Part shown: in pieces, positions 38,282 through 46,655 of the stretch
Numbering within the stretch: position 1 is the first letter of the stretch
Layout: every line of letters begins with the position of its first letter
Assembly (NCBI GenBank): GCA_963712115.1
Contig: CAVQGX010000043.1
Span: 1-64,000 of the forward strand
DNA: 64,000 nucleotides
Reading direction: 5' to 3'
Origin: an uncultured delta proteobacterium
GTDB lineage: Bacteria > Desulfobacterota > Syntrophobacteria > BM002
Translations under genes and position numbers: made by a program
Notes under the pieces: generated by a model
Database searches by the model: none
Told to the model about the DNA's origin: nothing
Seen by the model: only the letters and a program-made list of their open reading frames with translations

Positions 38282-38718
38282 CAGAACTGGGCCTTGCGCC
38301 AGCCAGCCTCACGGAATTTCTTAACTCGGGCAGAGCCCCACCGTTTTATTTCCGCTAGATAGAGGCGCATGTCTTGATCTGCCAGTCCAATTATTTGTTG
38401 CCTTTCCACCAGTCTCTGGTCCAATTCATCGGGTGTAAAACCATTCCAACTTGCATAGCCCTGGTCAAAAATGAATGCTGGGCTAAGATCTGCGGTGTTG
38501 ATATTGGCACGATGCAAACAACCGCGGGCGATAACTAGATCGAATTTCAAAATCCAATCGTTGTCTTCAAGCATGGACTCGGCGTCGAAATTTACATTTC
38601 TTGAGCACTCAGGACAGAAAATGTTACTAAGGACACTGAGATTTAAAATATGATTCTTGAACAAAAGATTAGCTTGATTCTGACCGCAGCTGCACGATAA
38701 ACGGTGGTTGCTGCACAT
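38278..38718 (-). CDS. hypothetical protein with Cys motifs
   Basis: MCSNH..SCSCG...FCPEC; start may extend to 38757. Confidence 0.65.
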   Translation of the reverse strand: MCSNHRLSCSCGQNQANLLFKNHILNLSVLSNIFCPECSRNVNFDAESMLEDNDWILKFDLVIARGCLHRANINTADLSPAFIFDQGYASWNGFTPDELDQRLVERQQIIGLADQDMRLYLAEIKRWGSARVKKFREAGWRKAQFC

Positions 38719-38864
38719 TTGCACATGTCCTTTGTCGGCTTTGAATTTTATCAGCATTATTCTATGCCCGGGGCCCCATAATTACAAGAGATGGTTTCGG
38801 CAAGACTGGAATAATGGAATAATGGGTTAGTGGAACTCTGGGCAAGGTAGAAAAGAAGTTGAAT

Positions 38865-39431
38865 ATGAGAGATGAACAAGATTTTCGACTTCTTTACCGG
38901 AGATTTATTCAACTGGGGCGATGGTTGCTGCTGCTGGTCTGCCTTGTTGCTGGACTATTCCTTCTGGTAGGCGAAAAAAGCATAGGTTTCGGCATTTTAT
39001 TTATTTTGGCTGTGCTCTGGTTGATTCTAGACAATCCTTTGGAAAGTTTCGCGACTCTGGAGGTTCATGACTCTTCAAATGTTAATTCGCAATCCGATGA
39101 GGGGGAGGAGGTTTTGCCGGACTTCTCCCAAAGGGAGGCAGTTGTAGTAGGTCCAAGTGACACTTTAGATCTCCACACCTTTTCTCCCAAAGAGGTACCA
39201 TCGCTGCTAGAGGAGTTTATCCATCAGTCACAGAGAGCTGAGATTTATCTAGTCAAGATAGTTCACGGGAAGGGTTCTGGCGCCCTGCGCCGTCGGGTGC
39301 AGGCTTTATTAGCACGGGATCGACGAGTTCTAGCATTTTATGATGCCCCGCGGAAATCTGGCGGGTGGGGAGCCACGGTGGTGGAGCTTCTGCCACGCCA
39401 AGAAGGGGAGAGCGACGAATCGAATTCCTGA
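38865..39431 (+). CDS. Smr/MutS2 domain protein with two N-terminal TM helices
   Basis: LDLHTF, IVHGKGSGALRRRV, GGWGATVVEL. Confidence 0.85.
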   Translation: MRDEQDFRLLYRRFIQLGRWLLLLVCLVAGLFLLVGEKSIGFGILFILAVLWLILDNPLESFATLEVHDSSNVNSQSDEGEEVLPDFSQREAVVVGPSDTLDLHTFSPKEVPSLLEEFIHQSQRAEIYLVKIVHGKGSGALRRRVQALLARDRRVLAFYDAPRKSGGWGATVVELLPRQEGESDESNS

Positions 39432-39496
39432 GGTGTGGGCGGCAGGCAGAGTAAAAGAGTAAAGAGGACAGAAGACAGCAGGCAGCAGATAGAACT

Positions 39497-39652
39497 TAGA
39501 GGTCAGAGATCAGATGTCGGAGGTCAGGAGTAAAGCTGATCTCTGATCTCCGACTTCTGACCTCTGTGAGGGACGACTTCTACGATTTCTAGGACTTCGA
39601 TGTGGGATGGAAGATTGGAAGAGGATAGGCGGGGAATCTCACATCTCACATC
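39497..39652. repeat. two inverted heptamer array pairs
   Basis: agaggtcagagatcagatgtcggaggtcag / ctgatctctgatctccgacttctgacctct and gatgtgggatg / tctcacatctcacatc. Confidence 0.75.
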
Positions 39653-39700
39653 GTAGGCTTCGAATTTTTGACAGAGGGTGCAGGGAACGACGAATAATGG

Positions 39701-39730
39701 TTGACGAATTGAAAGGCTGGAATGTAAACT
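39701..39730 (+). promoter_or_regulatory. putative sigma70 promoter of the candidate ncRNA
   Basis: TTGACG-N18-TAAACT. Confidence 0.55.
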
Positions 39731-39737
39731 AGATTTA

Positions 39738-39894
39738 ACTCCCACAGGCTCTCCGGCCGTGGTCCCTAGGGGCTGCAAGCGTTTGCTACCGCTTCCTTTC
39801 GCAAGTAGGTTACTGGCAACGAAAGCGAATCCTGTGGATGGGGCCGGTAAAGGTCGGTGGGAGATCTACCGCGGGGCTTCGGCCCCGCTTTTTT
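39738..39894 (+). ncRNA. candidate rod-like non-coding RNA of unknown family
   Basis: Nested stems CTCCCAC/GTGGGAG, CCGGCC/GGCCGG, TAGGG/TCCTG, CGTT-GCTA/TGGCAACG between a promoter and a terminator. Confidence 0.55.
39871..39894 (+). terminator. intrinsic terminator with UUCG loop
   Basis: gcggggc-ttcg-gccccgc-tttttt. Confidence 0.88.
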
Positions 39895-39972
39895 ATTTTG
39901 GTAAACGGTGAACAATTAACTACTTGACTAGTTCTCTAATTAACTACCTGCGAGCTGCCAGCTGGGAAGTGC

Positions 39973-40713
39973 TTATCTTTTGCTTCTTTTGAGGCGCCGC
40001 TCGCTGCTTCTCTGGCGCTTACGCTCTTTATCCTTTTTCCTCCTCTCTCTTCTCATTGGATCAGGGTCCCTGGCGGGGTCAAGCAAAAAAGAACCAATCA
40101 TTTCCGTTACATCCACTTTGCGAGGCTTAGGGGCTTTCGGTCGTGAGACCTTAGTGGGCTTGGGAGATTCGCGGAGAGGCGGGCCACTCAGGAAGGGGGG
40201 AGGGAGAGTTCTTACCAAATAGAGGAATTCGCCACAAAGAGAAAAGGCGTGGCCTTTATCGTGGGCCTGAGCCGCATGTATGGTCAAAAGTATCGGTTTG
40301 GGGTCACGACGTCTACCAATACGCAAGGCTATTTCCTCTGTTGTGGCCAAGGGCACATAGGGACGGCCTGCCGGCCTGAGCCCATGCTTGAGGATCACGG
40401 GGTAAGCCTTTCTTCTTGCGGCGTAAAAGAGCAATCGAGGCGGGACAGTGGTTGAACTTATCTGCTCCCTCGGTTGTTTGGGTTTTATATAATTTTCCTC
40501 TAGGGTGAAGGCTGACTCAAATTGGGAGTAAGCCAATTCTTGCAGATGGCTCAAACGGATGTGCTTCAAGCCTTCTTCCTCATGAAGGGCCCACAGGAGC
40601 TCTTTGATAGGGAGGGAGCCATCATTGTCCAAAAATAGCCCGAATTCATCAGGTCGGTAGAGGAGGATGTACTCGATGATTTTTCCTAGTTCCTGAAGCT
40701 GGTATTTCCTCAA
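39973..40713 (-). CDS. RNA 2'-phosphotransferase (KptA/Tpt1)-like protein with divergent motifs
   Basis: RPDEFGLFLDNDG, PPRLLFY, ILKHGLRP, IGRRR..KPILLTI.A..A. Confidence 0.75.
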   Translation of the reverse strand: MRKYQLQELGKIIEYILLYRPDEFGLFLDNDGSLPIKELLWALHEEEGLKHIRLSHLQELAYSQFESAFTLEENYIKPKQPREQISSTTVPPRLLFYAARRKAYPVILKHGLRPAGRPYVPLATTEEIALRIGRRRDPKPILLTIHAAQAHDKGHAFSLCGEFLYLVRTLPPPFLSGPPLRESPKPTKVSRPKAPKPRKVDVTEMIGSFLLDPARDPDPMRRERRKKDKERKRQRSSERRLKRSKR

Positions 40714-40772
40714 TGTTTGGTCCCAGAGTTCTGTGCAAGCAAATTGTTGGTCAATTTATCTACCTTTTATTC

Positions 40773-40801
40773 TTGACACAATCCCGCCTATTCTCTATGG
40801 T
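40773..40801 (+). promoter_or_regulatory. sigma70 promoter of the leader-liv-paaK-ior operon
   Basis: TTGACA-N17-TATGGT. Confidence 0.7.
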
Positions 40802-40843
40802 ATAGCATCATTCATCCGAAAGGCAAGGAGTCGGGAGTACTTC

Positions 40844-40927
40844 ATGGCCTTCTCCGCGAGACAGACCGTCCTCCAGAGATATTATTACTTTTTTTATTAT
40901 TTTAGTGGGGAGACGTCTGTCCACTAG
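40844..40927 (+). CDS. Tyr/Phe-rich attenuator leader peptide, 27 aa (MAFSARQTVLQRYYYFFYYFSGETSVH)
   Basis: GGGAG RBS 6 nt before ATG; eight consecutive Tyr/Phe codons at 40880-40903; overlapping alternative hairpins. Confidence 0.85.
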   Translation: MAFSARQTVLQRYYYFFYYFSGETSVH

Positions 40928-41023
40928 CCCTGTTCAACCTATAGAATCGAGGCCGGGGGCAGACTCAACTGCCTGCGGCTTTTTTGTCTGCAAAGAGGCC
41001 GCCACATGAAAGCGGCTTTTTTT
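40860..41023 (+). promoter_or_regulatory. transcription attenuator with two terminators
   Basis: Pairings 1:2 (40860-74/40907-21), 2:3 (40915-29/40951-64), 3:4 terminator (40951-85), 4:5 (40975-86/40991-41002), 5:6 terminator (40992-41023). Confidence 0.8.
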
Positions 41024-41193
41024 GTTTGATTCTGGCCTCGAAAGAGTTTTTTGTGGAGCTTAAGCCTGGACCATCTAAGGTGCGAATTTTTTGATATTGA
41101 CAAAATCTAAGAAACACGGGAAAGGAGGTGACACCCCATCCACATTCGGTGTAAGAGATTATGATGCCATATGACCTAGAGGAGGGAAAATCA

Positions 41194-42354
41194 ATGAAGA
41201 TAAAGGGAAGATCGATATGGATAGCGCTGGCGTTAACCATCTCACTTGTTTTGGTATTTTCGTGCGCTAAAGAGAAAGAGCCTTATAAAGTGGGCGCCGT
41301 TTTCTCAGCCACTGGCCGTGCCTCGTTCCTGGGTGAACCCGAAAAAAAGACTGTCGAGATGATCGCCGAGGCAATAAACAAGGTTGGTGGTATCAATGGC
41401 CATCGACTGGAGGTCATACTCTATGATGACGAAAGTGACGAAACCAAAAGCGTCCTTGCGGTTAAACGGCTAATTAAGAAAGACAATGTCCCCGTGATCA
41501 TCGGACCCAGCCTCAGTGGTAACACTATGGCGGTGATCAAAGTTGCGAATGATGAGCAGATCCCCTTGGTTTCCTGTGCGGCCAGCAACAAGATTGTGAC
41601 TCCGGTGGCAGAGCGAAAGTGGGTCTTCAAGGTACCGCAGTCGGATAGCCATGCGGTTGAAAAAATTTATGATTATCTGCTGAAAAATGGCATGACTAAG
41701 ATTGCCATCATGAGCGTTTCCACTGGGTTCGGTGCCAGCGGTCGCGAAGAACTGCTGCGACTAGCTCCTGAAGTTGGCATAGAGATACTGGCGGACGAAC
41801 GCTATGGCCCTAAGGATACTGATATTACCGCTCAACTTACTCGCATCCGCGGCACCGGAGCACAGGCAATTGTCAACTGGTCTGTGGGACCCACCCAGGT
41901 TCTGGCAGTAAAAAACTGGAAAGATCTGGGAATGACATCCATTCCGTTCTTTCAGAGTCACGGCTTTGGGAGTCACAAAAACATCGAGCTAGCGGCAGGT
42001 GCCGCCGAAGGCGTATTTTGTCCTCTGGGCAAGGTCAATATTCCTCTACTTGTTGCTGATGACGATCCACAAAAGAAGGTAATAATGCTTTACAACGAAG
42101 CCTATGAGCAAAAGTACAATGAACCCATATCGTCCTTTGGCGGGCATGCCTGGGATTCGCTGAACCTAGTCATCGATGCCATGAGGAGTGTGGGACCCGA
42201 TTCAGCTAAAATTAGGGACTACATCGAGAACCGACAAAAATTCATCGGTCAGCACGGCGTGTTCAATTTCTCTCCCACCGATCACAATGGCCTTACCAAG
42301 GAGGCCTTTGTAATGGTAGTGGTGAAGGAAAACACTTGGGCCTTGGCTCCTTAG
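41194..42354 (+). CDS. livK: ABC transporter substrate-binding lipoprotein (LivK superfamily)
   Basis: Lipobox VFSC, TGRASFLGEPEK, GGING, YDDESD, QSHG, GGHAWD; GAGGAGG RBS. Confidence 0.9.
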   Translation: MKIKGRSIWIALALTISLVLVFSCAKEKEPYKVGAVFSATGRASFLGEPEKKTVEMIAEAINKVGGINGHRLEVILYDDESDETKSVLAVKRLIKKDNVPVIIGPSLSGNTMAVIKVANDEQIPLVSCAASNKIVTPVAERKWVFKVPQSDSHAVEKIYDYLLKNGMTKIAIMSVSTGFGASGREELLRLAPEVGIEILADERYGPKDTDITAQLTRIRGTGAQAIVNWSVGPTQVLAVKNWKDLGMTSIPFFQSHGFGSHKNIELAAGAAEGVFCPLGKVNIPLLVADDDPQKKVIMLYNEAYEQKYNEPISSFGGHAWDSLNLVIDAMRSVGPDSAKIRDYIENRQKFIGQHGVFNFSPTDHNGLTKEAFVMVVVKENTWALAP

Positions 42355-42380
42355 AGTTCAATAAGAATGCGATGGCGATG

Positions 42381-42416
42381 GAAGCCTCTCCAGTCCTTTG
42401 GTCAGGAGAGGCTTTC
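42381..42416 (+). terminator. hairpin after the SBP gene (partial terminator or mRNA stabiliser)
   Basis: gaagcctctcc ... ggagaggctttc. Confidence 0.5.
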
Positions 42417-42430
42417 TGTTGAAGATTGCT

Positions 42431-42788
42431 TAGCCCGGATGTTTCATGAATCCGCCTAAGGCGGACCACGGATATGGTCGTCCTTCTCTCCGAGCTGTAG
42501 GCTCTACGAGCCCGAGGCCGTGCGTCCTCGGGTGTCGGCCCCTGCGACGTACCATTCAGGTACGCCTCGGCTTCGATCTTGGATTTGGGATTTCGGATCT
42601 CGGATTTTTGAGTACAATTGGTGATATAGAACTTAACAGTTCAGATCTCACCATTTGCTCTCTGGTTCTCGCGAACTCTTCAGCAAATTTTAAATCCGCA
42701 TTCCGCAATCCGCATTCCGCAATCGTCGACCCGGTGGCACGTCCATCTTCGTGGTCTCGTGACACCAATTCATGAAACATCCGGGCTA
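42431..42788. mobile_element. MITE copy 3, reverse orientation, with a nested ~150-bp heptamer-flanked insert
   Basis: tagcccggatgtttcatgaat ... attcatgaaacatccgggcta; TA at both ends. Confidence 0.85.
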
Positions 42789-42820
42789 GAACTGGACAAA
42801 AGCTTCAAGTTGTTGTTGCT

Positions 42821-43723
42821 ATGGAAAGAATTTCCTTAATAGGACAGCTCACTCAGTATCTTTTCACTGGAATCACCGTGGGAAGCATTTACGCTTTGGT
42901 GGCCGTGGGCTTTAATATCATCTACAACGTTACAGAAATAATTAACTTCGCCCAGGGCGAGTTTGTCATGCTGGGCGGGCTTATTATGGTCTTTTTCACC
43001 GCTGCGGCTAAACTGCCTCTGCCAATAGCTTTTGTTCTGACAGTCACGGCGGTCACCGGTGTGGGAGTTTTGATGGAGAGGTTTACCATTAACCCACTCA
43101 AAAATGCCACCGTATTGACGATGATTATCGTCACCATCGCTGTTTCAATTCTCTTTAAGGGAATTGCTATGTTTGTTTGGGGCAAAGATCCGTATATTAT
43201 CCCACCATTTAGCGGAAGCGAACCAATATTCATCCTCGGAGCAGCTATTCAAACCCAGACATTATGGGTGCTGCTCATAACTGCGGTAGTGGTAGTGCTG
43301 CTGACCCTCTTTTTTAAGAAAACACGATATGGTAAAGCCATGCTGGCATGTGCCGATGATCCCGAAGCGGCTCGCCTAGTAGGCATTAGAGTTAACATTA
43401 TGATTTTAATTTCTTTTGCCTTGAGTGCGGCCATTGGTGCAGTTGCGGGAGCCATAATCACTCCCATATCCCTGATGGAATACGACCGAGGTGCCCTTTT
43501 AGCCTTAAAGGGTTTTGGCGCTGCTGTGATGGGTGGCTTGGGAAGTTTTTATGGAGCAGTGGTGGCTGGTATTTTTCTTGGAATTATCGAATCCCTATGC
43601 GCTGGTTTTGTTTCCTCAGGCTACAAGGATGCTGTAGCGCTTCTTCTACTGCTCTTGGTTTTATACGTTCGTCCAAGTGGTTTGTTTGGCAATGTAGAGG
43701 CGAGCAAAATAAAGGAGTTCTAG
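42821..43723 (+). CDS. livH: ABC permease LivH
   Basis: GSIYALVAVGF, INFAQGEF, KGFGAAVMGGLGS. Confidence 0.92.
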   Translation: MERISLIGQLTQYLFTGITVGSIYALVAVGFNIIYNVTEIINFAQGEFVMLGGLIMVFFTAAAKLPLPIAFVLTVTAVTGVGVLMERFTINPLKNATVLTMIIVTIAVSILFKGIAMFVWGKDPYIIPPFSGSEPIFILGAAIQTQTLWVLLITAVVVVLLTLFFKKTRYGKAMLACADDPEAARLVGIRVNIMILISFALSAAIGAVAGAIITPISLMEYDRGALLALKGFGAAVMGGLGSFYGAVVAGIFLGIIESLCAGFVSSGYKDAVALLLLLLVLYVRPSGLFGNVEASKIKEF

Positions 43724-43733
43724 TACTTAGGAC

Positions 43734-44690
43734 ATGCAGAAATCCAATCTAAAAATGCTTTTTTGCTTGATTATCTTTCTTGCCCTGTTTCCGGCGGTGG
43801 TTTTTAATGTGAGGGCAATTGGCCACTATCTCGACGTGATGATATTTGTCGGTATCTACAGTTTAATAAACATGGGACTAAGCCTTCTCATGGGTTATGC
43901 GGGTCAGATCTCCCTTGGACACGCAGCCTTTTTTGGTCTGGGAGCTTACACTTCAGGGATATTATGCACAAAACTTTCCCTGTCTCCATGGCTAGCCATG
44001 GTTGCCGGCGTTTTCCTGACAGCTCTGGTTGCATACATTGTGGGCGTTCCGTCGCTGAAACTAAAAGGGCACTATCTTGCCATGGCCACCCTTGGTTTTG
44101 GTGTTATCGTCTACATTTTTTTCAATGAGGAGGTGGCCCTCACCGGTGGTCCCTCTGGATTTTCAGACATTCCGGGGTTAACCATCTTTGGTTTAGACCT
44201 AAATAATGATCTCTATTACTATATCCTGGTTTGGTCGCTGGTGTTGCTTACCCTGGTTTTCTCGCTCAATGTGATTAATTCCCGTATAGGCAGGGCCTTG
44301 CGTTCTTTGCACGACAGTGAAGTTGCAGCAGACGCAATGGGGGTTGAAACCTCGAGATTCAAAGTCATCATTTTTGTCTTAAGCGCTGCATATGCCTCCC
44401 TTGCCGGAAGTCTCTACACCCATTACGTAGGTTTCTTGAGCCCCAGTTCTTTTGATCTCTTCCTTTCTATAAAACTGGTAATGATGGTAGTGGTGGGTGG
44501 CATGCATAACATCTGGGGAGCGCTTCTCGGTACCTGGCTGCTTACTTTTTTGGGGAACGAGTGGCTTCATGTTTTCCGCGATTTTGATATTCTAGTCTAT
44601 GGAGCTGTTCTCCTGGCTATTGTAATGTTTCTGCCTGAAGGTTTGGTTGATCTAACTCCGAAAATGAGACGGTTATGGAAGCGAAGCTGA
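43734..44690 (+). CDS. livM: ABC permease LivM
   Basis: GYAGQISLGHAAFFGLGAY, GHYLAMATL, TGGPSG. Confidence 0.92.
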   Translation: MQKSNLKMLFCLIIFLALFPAVVFNVRAIGHYLDVMIFVGIYSLINMGLSLLMGYAGQISLGHAAFFGLGAYTSGILCTKLSLSPWLAMVAGVFLTALVAYIVGVPSLKLKGHYLAMATLGFGVIVYIFFNEEVALTGGPSGFSDIPGLTIFGLDLNNDLYYYILVWSLVLLTLVFSLNVINSRIGRALRSLHDSEVAADAMGVETSRFKVIIFVLSAAYASLAGSLYTHYVGFLSPSSFDLFLSIKLVMMVVVGGMHNIWGALLGTWLLTFLGNEWLHVFRDFDILVYGAVLLAIVMFLPEGLVDLTPKMRRLWKRS

Positions 44691-44812
44691 AAGCCTGAGC
44701 TTGGCGGCGCCATGCGCGCCCCGGCTTTCCTTTTGTGCTCTTTGTGAACCTCGCCGTTGGGATCCCATGTTAAGAATTGTTTGCGGCAGCCTGAGATTTT
44801 GGTGAGATTTAA

Positions 44813-45607
44813 ATGGCTTCTGAGAATTTCAACACTTTCCTGCGCGTAGAGGACCTGCGCAAATCATTTGGTGGCGTGCGAGCTCTAAAGGGGTTAAGCT
44901 TCACGGTAGCTTCCGGAATGATCAAGGCAATTATCGGACCAAACGGGGCGGGAAAGACAACACTATTCAATATAATTAGTGGGGTTTTCCCACCCAACAA
45001 TGGATCCATTATCTTTGAAGGTGTGCCTATCGAGGGCAGGAAGTCCCGGGAGATTGCCCGCCTAGGTGTTTCCCGGACTTTTCAAAACGTGGAAGTATTT
45101 GGTCGTATGACTGTGCTGGAAAATGTAATGGTGGGAAGGCACATCCAGAGTCGGGCCGGAATAATCAGTACAGGTCTCAAACTGCCTTGGATGAGGAGGG
45201 AGGAGCGACAGATCCGGAACGGTGCAAGGGATTACCTGGAATTCGTAGGGCTAGAACACAAAGCAGGCGAGTTAGCTGGTAATCTGCCTTTAGGGGAACA
45301 AAAGCTTCTTGAGATAGCCCGAGCATTGGCCACAGAACCAAAAATACTGTTGCTGGACGAGCCAGCTGGGGGGCTGAATACCAGAGAGACTGAAGAGTTG
45401 GCGGCATTGATCCGGCGGATTCTGGAAAGGGGAATCACAGTAGTGTTGGTCGAGCACGACATGAATCTTGTAATGGACATTTCGGACGAGATCGTTGTCA
45501 TGAACTTTGGTGAAAAAATCGCTGAAGGCAAGCCGAAACAAATAAAGAATGATCCCGTGGTGGTCGAAGCTTATTTAGGGGAAGAGGTTGATTATTCAGA
45601 TCTCTAG
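44813..45607 (+). CDS. livG: ABC ATPase LivG
   Basis: GPNGAGKTT, RTFQN, LLDEPAGG, VEHDM, EAYLG. Confidence 0.93.
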   Translation: MASENFNTFLRVEDLRKSFGGVRALKGLSFTVASGMIKAIIGPNGAGKTTLFNIISGVFPPNNGSIIFEGVPIEGRKSREIARLGVSRTFQNVEVFGRMTVLENVMVGRHIQSRAGIISTGLKLPWMRREERQIRNGARDYLEFVGLEHKAGELAGNLPLGEQKLLEIARALATEPKILLLDEPAGGLNTRETEELAALIRRILERGITVVLVEHDMNLVMDISDEIVVMNFGEKIAEGKPKQIKNDPVVVEAYLGEEVDYSDL

Positions 45608-45721
45608 CGCGAAGCGCATTGCGCTTAGAGCTAGGCATATACCTTGAGCCTTATGCCCCTGGCGTTTGACTCTCCGCTCATCGAACACAACGCAAGATAT
45701 GTGGTAAGTGAAAACTAAACC

Positions 45722-46450
45722 ATGCTAACACTTAAAAGTGTCCACACTTACTACGGCAATATTCACGCTCTTAGGGGTGTTTCTCTTCATGTAAACCAAG
45801 GCGAAATAGTGACATTAATAGGCGCCAACGGAGCCGGTAAGACTACGGTTTTAAAAACAATTTCCGGAATTACCCCTGCCAGTCGCGGTTCCATTACTTT
45901 CGAAGGGAGGGACTTAACTAGGGTGGCAGCTGAGGAGATCGTCCGGGCCGGCATTTCTCACGTTCCAGAAGGACGGAAGGTCTTTTCCACCCTAAGCTTG
46001 CGAGATAACCTTGAAATGGGCGGATTTATCCGTAGGGACAAGAAAGAAGTACAAGCGGATATGGATCGTTTCAGAGAGAAGTTTCCCATTCTCTCTGACC
46101 GATGGAATCAGATGGCAGGTACCCTTAGTGGTGGTGAACAACAAGTCTTGGCTATAACTCGAGCCTTAATGGCGAGGCCAAGGCTTCTAATACTGGACGA
46201 ACCTTCCATGGGTCTTTCACCTTTGCTAGTCAAGGAAACGTTTAAAATCATAAAAACATTGCGAGAAGAGGGAACCACCATTTTGCTCATCGAACAGAAC
46301 GCCCGTGCCGCCCTTCACATAGCAGATCGTGGCTATGTGCTGGAAACTGGCAAAATCGTCCTCCAGGGGAAATGCCGGATGCTTCTCGAGCACGAAGAAG
46401 TAAAGCGGGCCTATCTCGGCAAAGGCTATCGGGAAGTTTGGGAGGACTGA
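45722..46450 (+). CDS. livF: ABC ATPase LivF
   Basis: GANGAGKTT, VPEGR, LSGGEQQ, LDEPSMGL, EQNA. Confidence 0.93.
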   Translation: MLTLKSVHTYYGNIHALRGVSLHVNQGEIVTLIGANGAGKTTVLKTISGITPASRGSITFEGRDLTRVAAEEIVRAGISHVPEGRKVFSTLSLRDNLEMGGFIRRDKKEVQADMDRFREKFPILSDRWNQMAGTLSGGEQQVLAITRALMARPRLLILDEPSMGLSPLLVKETFKIIKTLREEGTTILLIEQNARAALHIADRGYVLETGKIVLQGKCRMLLEHEEVKRAYLGKGYREVWED

Positions 46451-46455
46451 GAAGC

Positions 46456-46598
46456 TAAATTCGAATATCTAATATCGAAATCCTAAACAAATTCAAATGA
46501 CCAAAATCCAAATGACCGAAACACTGACGCGTTTAGAACATTGGAAAATTTGAATTTCGGATTTGTTTCGGATTTCGTGCTTCGGATTTCGGATTTAG
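46456..46598. repeat. AAATCCG-family inverted hairpin element, copy B
   Basis: Collinear with 18787-18937. Confidence 0.8.
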
Positions 46599-46655
46599 TT
46601 CAGGATCGATCCCTGGAATGAACGTTTCTTCTGATCTGACGAGGATTAAAGGACT

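Noticed and set aside
39785-39812. SRP (4.5S) RNA on the minus strand (gaaaggaagcgg)
   Set aside because: It lacks the CAGG...GNRA...AGCAG helix-8 arrangement, and the promoter and terminator point to the plus strand.
41097-41135. Second promoter and perfect SD (TTGACA; AAAGGAGGTGA) after the attenuator
   Set aside because: There is no -10 element at 16-18 bp and no start codon at usable spacing from the SD.
42446-42780. ORFs inside MITE copies (also 55869-56222, 2202-2478, 12499-12729)
   Set aside because: They are translations of repeat DNA with no RBS or protein-family signal.
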